In this document: piece by piece, positions 59,021 through 64,000 of the stretch
Layout of the letters: each line of letters begins with the position of its first letter
Position numbering within the stretch: position 1 is the first letter of the stretch
Assembly: GCA_964202905.1 (NCBI GenBank)
Contig: CAXNJO010000006.1
Location: 224,001-288,000 of the forward strand
Reading direction: 5' to 3'
Source of the DNA: Polyangiales bacterium
Lineage (GTDB): Bacteria; Myxococcota_A; Polyangia; Polyangiales; JADJQN01
Length of the DNA stretch: 64,000 nt
Translations under genes and position numbers: made by a program
The notes under the pieces: generated by a model
Seen by the model: the letters and a program-made list of their open reading frames with translations, nothing else
What the model was told of the DNA's origin: nothing
Databases searched by the model: none

Positions 59021-60037
59021 TCACGGTGTGCGGCGTGAACGGGCGCCCCGCTCGGCCCGGCGCCGCGGGCGCGCGTGGCGGCCGCGCGGGCGATGGAACA
59101 CCGACCGGTCGAGGGGCAGCACGCGGTCTTCGAGCTGGGCCGCCGAGGGCGTGACCCCCGCGGGCAGCGCCGTGAACTGCGGGAGCGGGTTGTGCGCTGC
59201 GCCCTGCGCGTGCCACTCGAAGTGGAGGTGATCGCCGTGCGCGAGGCCCGAGCGGCCGACCTCGCCGAGCACCTGCCCGCGGCGCACGCGTTGTCCCGCG
59301 ACGACGTAGCTCGCGCGGGCGTGCGCGTAGAAGGTCGAGGTCGCGTCCGGGTGCACGACGATGACGAGGTTCCCGTAGCCGCGCAGGCCGTTGTCGCTGT
59401 AGGCGACGAGGCCGTCGTTCGCGGCGCGGAACGGCGTGCCCGCGGGCGCGCCGAGGTCGATGCCCTGGTGGTTGTGGCGTCGTCGGCCGCGCCGGGTCGG
59501 GCCGTGTCCGCGCCAGAGGGCGGCCCCGCTGACCGGGAACAGAAGATCCCCGCGCGCGGTCGTCGGCGTCGCGTCGGTCGCGTCGCCGGCCGGGTCGCGT
59601 GCGCTCGTCGCCTGCGACGCGGCTGGCTCCGGGCGGAGGGGGAGGGCGTCTCCCCGCGTGGCGTCGACCCAGCGCGGCTCGGGCACGTCGAGCAGCAGGC
59701 GCGCCGCGGCGCGCGTCGTCCCGAGGCCGAGCGCCCGCGCCCGTTCGGCGTCGGGGCCTGCGGGTCGCGGCACCCTCCGCGGCCCGCGACACATCCCGCG
59801 CATCGCGCCGCGGCGCACGCACCCGAGCGGTCCCGGCGGGAGCCACTCGGTCGGCGGCGGCGTGTCGAGACCCGGCTCGCGCGCGGCCTCCTCCGGGGTC
59901 GCCGGGCGCGTCGGAGCACGCGGCGTGTCGCCGGCGGTCTGCGGGTCGTCGGCCTGCGCCTCGGTGGGCGCGGCGACCCCGGAGACGTGCGCCGCGACGA
60001 ACGCTGCGACGAGGACGGATGCGCGCCGGGCGGACAT
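59021..60037 (-). CDS. M23-family metallopeptidase
   Basis: HQGID, YAH, GDHLHFE. Confidence 0.85.
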   Translation of the reverse strand: MSARRASVLVAAFVAAHVSGVAAPTEAQADDPQTAGDTPRAPTRPATPEEAAREPGLDTPPPTEWLPPGPLGCVRRGAMRGMCRGPRRVPRPAGPDAERARALGLGTTRAAARLLLDVPEPRWVDATRGDALPLRPEPAASQATSARDPAGDATDATPTTARGDLLFPVSGAALWRGHGPTRRGRRRHNHQGIDLGAPAGTPFRAANDGLVAYSDNGLRGYGNLVIVVHPDATSTFYAHARASYVVAGQRVRRGQVLGEVGRSGLAHGDHLHFEWHAQGAAHNPLPQFTALPAGVTPSAAQLEDRVLPLDRSVFHRPRGRHARPRRRAERGARSRRTP

Positions 60038-60054
60038 CCGGAGGGCGTAACACG

Positions 60055-60600
60055 TCAGCCGCGGAACGTCGGTCCGAGGGCGCCGCAGCGCCGCAGCGCC
60101 TCGAAGAGCACGATCGACACTGCGTTCGAGAGGTTCAGCGAGCGCACGCCGCCGCTCATCGGGATGCCCCACACGCGCTCGCGGTTCGCGTCGAGGAGCG
60201 CGCGCGGCAGGCCCACCGACTCCTTGCCGAACACGAGCGCGTCCCCCGGCGCGAACGGCGCCTCCAGGTAGCTGCGCTCCGCGTCGCCGCTGAAGTAGTG
60301 GCACTGCGCCCCGGGCGCGCTCGCGGCGCCAGCGCGGGTCCACGCCCGTTCGAAGTCCGGGAGCGACGCGTGCTGCGTGACGTCGACGAGGTGCCAGTAG
60401 TCGAGCCCCGCGCGGCGGATGCTGTGCTCGTCGAGCCGGAAGCCGAGAGGGCCGACGAGGTGGAGCGGTGTCGTCGTCGCGGCGCAGGTCCGCGCGATGC
60501 TCCCCGTGTTCGGCGGGATCTCCGGCTCGACGAGCACGACGTGCAGGGGCGGCGCGAGGAGCGCAGCGCGCAACTTGGGGGCGGGTGGCGGCGCGGTCAT
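60055..60600 (-). CDS. trmL: tRNA (cytidine(34)-2'-O)-methyltransferase
   Basis: EPEIPPNTG, RRAGLDYW, FGKESVGLP, RSLNLSN. Confidence 0.93.
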   Translation of the reverse strand: MTAPPPAPKLRAALLAPPLHVVLVEPEIPPNTGSIARTCAATTTPLHLVGPLGFRLDEHSIRRAGLDYWHLVDVTQHASLPDFERAWTRAGAASAPGAQCHYFSGDAERSYLEAPFAPGDALVFGKESVGLPRALLDANRERVWGIPMSGGVRSLNLSNAVSIVLFEALRRCGALGPTFRG

Positions 60601-60653
60601 CGTCGCGGTGCTTCTTGACGCGAAAGCGCGCGGAAAGATAGCCTCGACGCGCC

Positions 60654-61733
60654 GTGCGCACCCTCCCGATCGAACGCCCCGTCGTCGCACGTCCCTCCGC
60701 GCGCCGGGCCGCGCGCGCCCCGTCCGCGCTCGTCGCTGCCCTCGCGCTCGCCGCGTCCCTCACCTGCGCGTCGTCCGCGTCCTCCGCTTCGGCGCAGGAG
60801 ATGAACGTCACGCTCGCCCGCCTGCGGACGCCCGCGGCCGACGGGACGCCCTGCTTCGCGACGGTCGCCGCGCCCGGCGGCGGCGCGTCGACGCGCTCCT
60901 ACTGCGGCGACGACGCGGCCTGGGCGGGCATCGCGCAACAGTTGGGGATCTCGATGGCCCCGCCGGTGCTCACGCCGGGCAACACGCTCGGGCCCTCGGG
61001 TTTCTACGTCGGCCTCGAAGGTTTCATCACCAACATCTCGGGTGGCCGCGGCTTCTGGCTGCGCGGCACCGAGGGGGACGCGACGGCCGCGATCGAAGGC
61101 GAGAACCGCTTCACCTCCGGCTCGCTCTACTGGCAGCGCCTGCAGGTGCGCAAGTCGCTGCCGCTCGGCTTCGAGCTGGGCACCTCGATGGCGCATCTCT
61201 TCACGACCTCGTACTGGTCGCTCGGCTTCGACATCAAGTGGTCGATCCTCGAGGGCTTCCGCACCGGCGGCGAGGGGTTCATCCCCGACCTCGCCGTGCG
61301 CGGCGCGGTGCAGACGCTGCTCGGCGAGAGCGAGTTCAACCTCACGATCCCGAGCCTCGAGCTCATCCTCAGCAAGGGCTTCACCATCGCGCACGCGGGC
61401 ACGATCACGCCGTATCTCGCGGGTCAGTACGTCTGGGTGCTCGCGGACAGTGAGCTCGTCGATCTGACCCCGGGCGCCGACGCCGCGACCGGTGGCACGT
61501 CCGCGTACAACGACAACTACGTCTTCGGTCAGATCCGCTCGAACCGGCTGCGCGGCGTGATCGGTCTGCAGGGGCGCTATGGCGTGCTCACCCTCACCGG
61601 CGCCGTCGTCTTCGACCTCGACCAGGTCGACGACCCGACCGCCGGAAACGGCGACGCGCCGACGGCCGACGAGCTCGCGCAGAAGCTCCCGCGGCAGTGG
61701 TCGGCCAACTTCGGCGTCGGGCTGAGCTTCTAG
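60654..61733 (+). CDS. Putative outer-membrane beta-barrel protein
   Basis: Signal peptide, alternating beta pattern, C-terminal GVGLSF. Confidence 0.7.
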   Translation: MRTLPIERPVVARPSARRAARAPSALVAALALAASLTCASSASSASAQEMNVTLARLRTPAADGTPCFATVAAPGGGASTRSYCGDDAAWAGIAQQLGISMAPPVLTPGNTLGPSGFYVGLEGFITNISGGRGFWLRGTEGDATAAIEGENRFTSGSLYWQRLQVRKSLPLGFELGTSMAHLFTTSYWSLGFDIKWSILEGFRTGGEGFIPDLAVRGAVQTLLGESEFNLTIPSLELILSKGFTIAHAGTITPYLAGQYVWVLADSELVDLTPGADAATGGTSAYNDNYVFGQIRSNRLRGVIGLQGRYGVLTLTGAVVFDLDQVDDPTAGNGDAPTADELAQKLPRQWSANFGVGLSF

Positions 61734-61805
61734 AGCGGCGCTTCGCGTCGCGTGAGCGACGTCGATCGCCCACGAAAAGGGTATGTAGGCGGCGCGGATC
61801 GCCCA

Positions 61806-61836
61806 CGAAAAAGGGCACCCCGGAGAGGGTGCCCTT
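61806..61836 (-). terminator. Intrinsic terminator after ald
   Basis: GGGCACCC-TCTCCG-GGGTGCCC hairpin followed by TTTTT on the minus strand. Confidence 0.75.
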
Positions 61837-61889
61837 CGTCGTCGACGCGGTCGCTCTGCCCGGCGCGGGTGGGCGCGGGGCCTCGGGAC

Positions 61890-63002
61890 TCAGCCGATCG
61901 CGCGGTCGAGCGGCGTGTAGTCGACGCCGACGCCCTGCGCGACGCCCTCGTACGTGCACGCGCCGTCCCAGCAGTTGACGCCGAGCGAGAGCGGCTTGCT
62001 CGCCTTCACGGCCTCGACGATGCCCTTGTCGGCGATCTGCTGGCAGTAGCGCAGCGTGGTGTTGGTGAGCGCGAAGGTGCTCGTCTGCGCGACGGCGCCC
62101 GGCATGTTGGGGACGCAGTAGTGCACGACGCCGTGCAGCTCGAAGGTGGGGTGGTCGTGCGAGGTGGGCTTGCACGTCGCGATGCAGCCGCCCTGGTCGA
62201 CGGCGACGTCGACGATCACGGAGCCCTTCTCCATGCGCTTGATGAGGTTCTCGTCGACGAGGTGCGGGGCCTTCGCGCCCGTCACGAGCACGGCGCCGAT
62301 CACGAGGTCGGCGTCGACGACGGCCTTCTCGATGTTCTTCGGGTTCGAGTAGAGCGTCTCGATGGACGAGCCGAAGACGTCCTCGAGGTACGCCATGCGC
62401 TGGCCGTCGACGTCGAGCACGGTGACGTGCGCGCCCATGCCGATCGCGATGGTCGCCGCGTTCGCGCCGACGACGCCGCCGCCGAGGATGACGACCTTGC
62501 CGCGACGCGTGCCGGGCACGCCGCCGAGGAGGAGGCCCTTGCCGCCGCGCTCCTTCTCGAGGCTCGTCGCGCCGACCTGCACGGCCATGCGGCCCGCGAC
62601 CTCGGACATCGGGCGGAGCAGCGGCAGCGAGCCATCCGCGTTCTGGATGGTCTCGTAGGCGACCGCGCGGACCTGCTTCTTCATGAGCTCGCGCGTGAGC
62701 TCGGGCTCGGGCGCGAGGTGCAGGTAGGTGTAGAGGATGAGGCCGGGGCGGAAGAAGCCGTACTCCGCGGGGAGGGGCTCCTTGACCTTCATGACGAGGT
62801 CTGCGCCCCACGCGTCGGCGGCCGTCGGCACGATGGTCGCGCCGGCCGCGACGAACTCGGCGTCGGAGATGCCCGCGCCCTCGCCGCCGCCCTTCTGGAT
62901 GAGGACCTGATGGCCGCCGCGCGTCAGCGCGAGCACGCCACCGGGGTTGATGCCCACGCGGTATTCGCGCGTCTTGATTTCCGTCGGAACGCCAATCTTC
63001 AC
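61890..63002 (-). CDS. ald: Alanine dehydrogenase
   Basis: [43 protein letters not shown]. Confidence 0.96.
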   Translation of the reverse strand: MKIGVPTEIKTREYRVGINPGGVLALTRGGHQVLIQKGGGEGAGISDAEFVAAGATIVPTAADAWGADLVMKVKEPLPAEYGFFRPGLILYTYLHLAPEPELTRELMKKQVRAVAYETIQNADGSLPLLRPMSEVAGRMAVQVGATSLEKERGGKGLLLGGVPGTRRGKVVILGGGVVGANAATIAIGMGAHVTVLDVDGQRMAYLEDVFGSSIETLYSNPKNIEKAVVDADLVIGAVLVTGAKAPHLVDENLIKRMEKGSVIVDVAVDQGGCIATCKPTSHDHPTFELHGVVHYCVPNMPGAVAQTSTFALTNTTLRYCQQIADKGIVEAVKASKPLSLGVNCWDGACTYEGVAQGVGVDYTPLDRAIG

Positions 63003-63131
63003 GTCGTCCTCCTCGGGCTGAAAACTGGCGCGAGACTAGCCGTGCGCGGGTCGCACGCAAGACGGAATCCCGTGCCGCGGCGCGTCAGAAACGCCGATTT
63101 TTTCGGGCTCGCGGGGCCCTCGCGCGCCGCG

Positions 63132-64000
63132 TCAGGGCGCAGCGGGCGGGGCGCCCGCGGGGGCCGCGGGCATCTCGTCGACGACGAGGTGGTTCTCGCC
63201 CGTCGCGGTCGAGACCGCGAAGCCGAAGCTCTCGTCCCCGGTCGGGCGCACGACGTCCGGGAAGTGGAACCACGCCGCCTGCGCGCGCTCGGGCGTGAGG
63301 TCGAGCACGTAGTAGCCGCGCTGCCAGAGGTTCCACGCCTTCGCGTGGGGCGCGGCGCTGCGGATGCGTCCGTCGAGCGTGCCCGCGATGCCGCGGCTGA
63401 GGCCTGGCGAGGTGATGCCCGGCGCGACGAGCTCGACGGCGAGCGAGCCGCGGCCCGTCGCCGGATCGTACGTCGCGGGGTTCGTCGGCTCGCGCGCGAG
63501 GTCGGCGGCGATCGACATGTGGATGTCGCCCGTGAGCACGACGACGTCATCGAGGCCGTTGGTCTCGATCGTGTCGAAGAAGCGCGTGCGCGCGGCGGGG
63601 TAGCCATCCCACGCATCGGTGTTGAAGAGCAGCGGGAAGGGCGCGACGACGACCTGCTGCGCGACGAGCTTCCAGCGCGCGCTCGTGGTCGTGAGGCGCT
63701 CGAACGCGAACGTCTCCTGATCGGCGCCGAGGAGCTGGCGCGCCGGCTCGTTCACCGCCGGGTCACCCATGCCCGAGGCCTGTTCTTCGCGACCCCAGCG
63801 GCGTGAGTCGAGCACGACGATCTCGGCGAGGTCGCCGTACGTGAACGCGCGCCAGATCTTCGCGGCGTCGCTCTGGTCGCGCAGCGGCATCCACTCGGCG
63901 TAGGCCTGCGCGGCCGCGGCCTTGCGCGCGGCGTAGTCGCCTTCGCTCGCCTGGTGGTTCTCGGCGCCGTCGCGCCAGGCGTCGTTGGTGATCTCGTGGT
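63132..64000 (-). CDS. phoD: Alkaline phosphatase D family protein (5' part outside window)
   Basis: DHEITND, EWMPLR, LDSR, DAWDGY, LTGDIH. Confidence 0.88.
   Translation of the reverse strand, partial: HEITNDAWRDGAENHQASEGDYAARKAAAAQAYAEWMPLRDQSDAAKIWRAFTYGDLAEIVVLDSRRWGREEQASGMGDPAVNEPARQLLGADQETFAFERLTTTSARWKLVAQQVVVAPFPLLFNTDAWDGYPAARTRFFDTIETNGLDDVVVLTGDIHMSIAADLAREPTNPATYDPATGRGSLAVELVAPGITSPGLSRGIAGTLDGRIRSAAPHAKAWNLWQRGYYVLDLTPERAQAAWFHFPDVVRPTGDESFGFAVSTATGENHLVVDEMPAAPAGAPPAAP

Noticed and set aside
61764..61815. Short direct repeat GATCGCCCACGAAAA(A)GGG
   Set aside because: Two copies beside a terminator; a local duplication, not a CRISPR array.

Overview
High-GC DNA with a myxobacterial (Myxococcota/Polyangiales-like) gene repertoire; the taxonomy is inferred from a PEGA Ser/Thr kinase, DAG-repeat and Cys-rich lipoproteins. 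Bases 1 to ~29155 are accessory DNA made of two tandem integrative elements inserted at the 3' end of a tRNA-Glu(TTC) gene. Each element ends in a large serine recombinase whose C-terminus crosses a shared 12-bp core, ATGTAGCGTCCC (19079-19090 and 29144-29155). Element A (left end outside the window) carries an AbiGi-like gene, DUF932, a SNF2/DUF1156/DUF499 restriction-like (BREX-related) operon, and a Thoeris pair whose TIR has an unusual Zn-knuckle/glycine-zipper extension. It also carries an RHH + group II-like reverse transcriptase operon followed by a dense, strand-specific array of RNA hairpins, the best candidate here for an undescribed RT-ncRNA system. Element B (~10 kb) carries a Fis-type HTH, a TerS-like gene, HNH, a lipoprotein, XRE, an MmeI-type RM enzyme, a resolvase and an RHH, plus a duplicated 16-bp palindrome. 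Apparent frameshifts were seen only in the island. From ~29.2 kb onward the window is core genome: tRNA-Glu/Lys, rsgA, mutH-like, dnaE, pilD, proB, proA, rsfS, rlmH, comF, smpB, thrC, a kinase, peptidases, trmL, ald and phoD. All family assignments come from motif recognition by eye; no searches were run.
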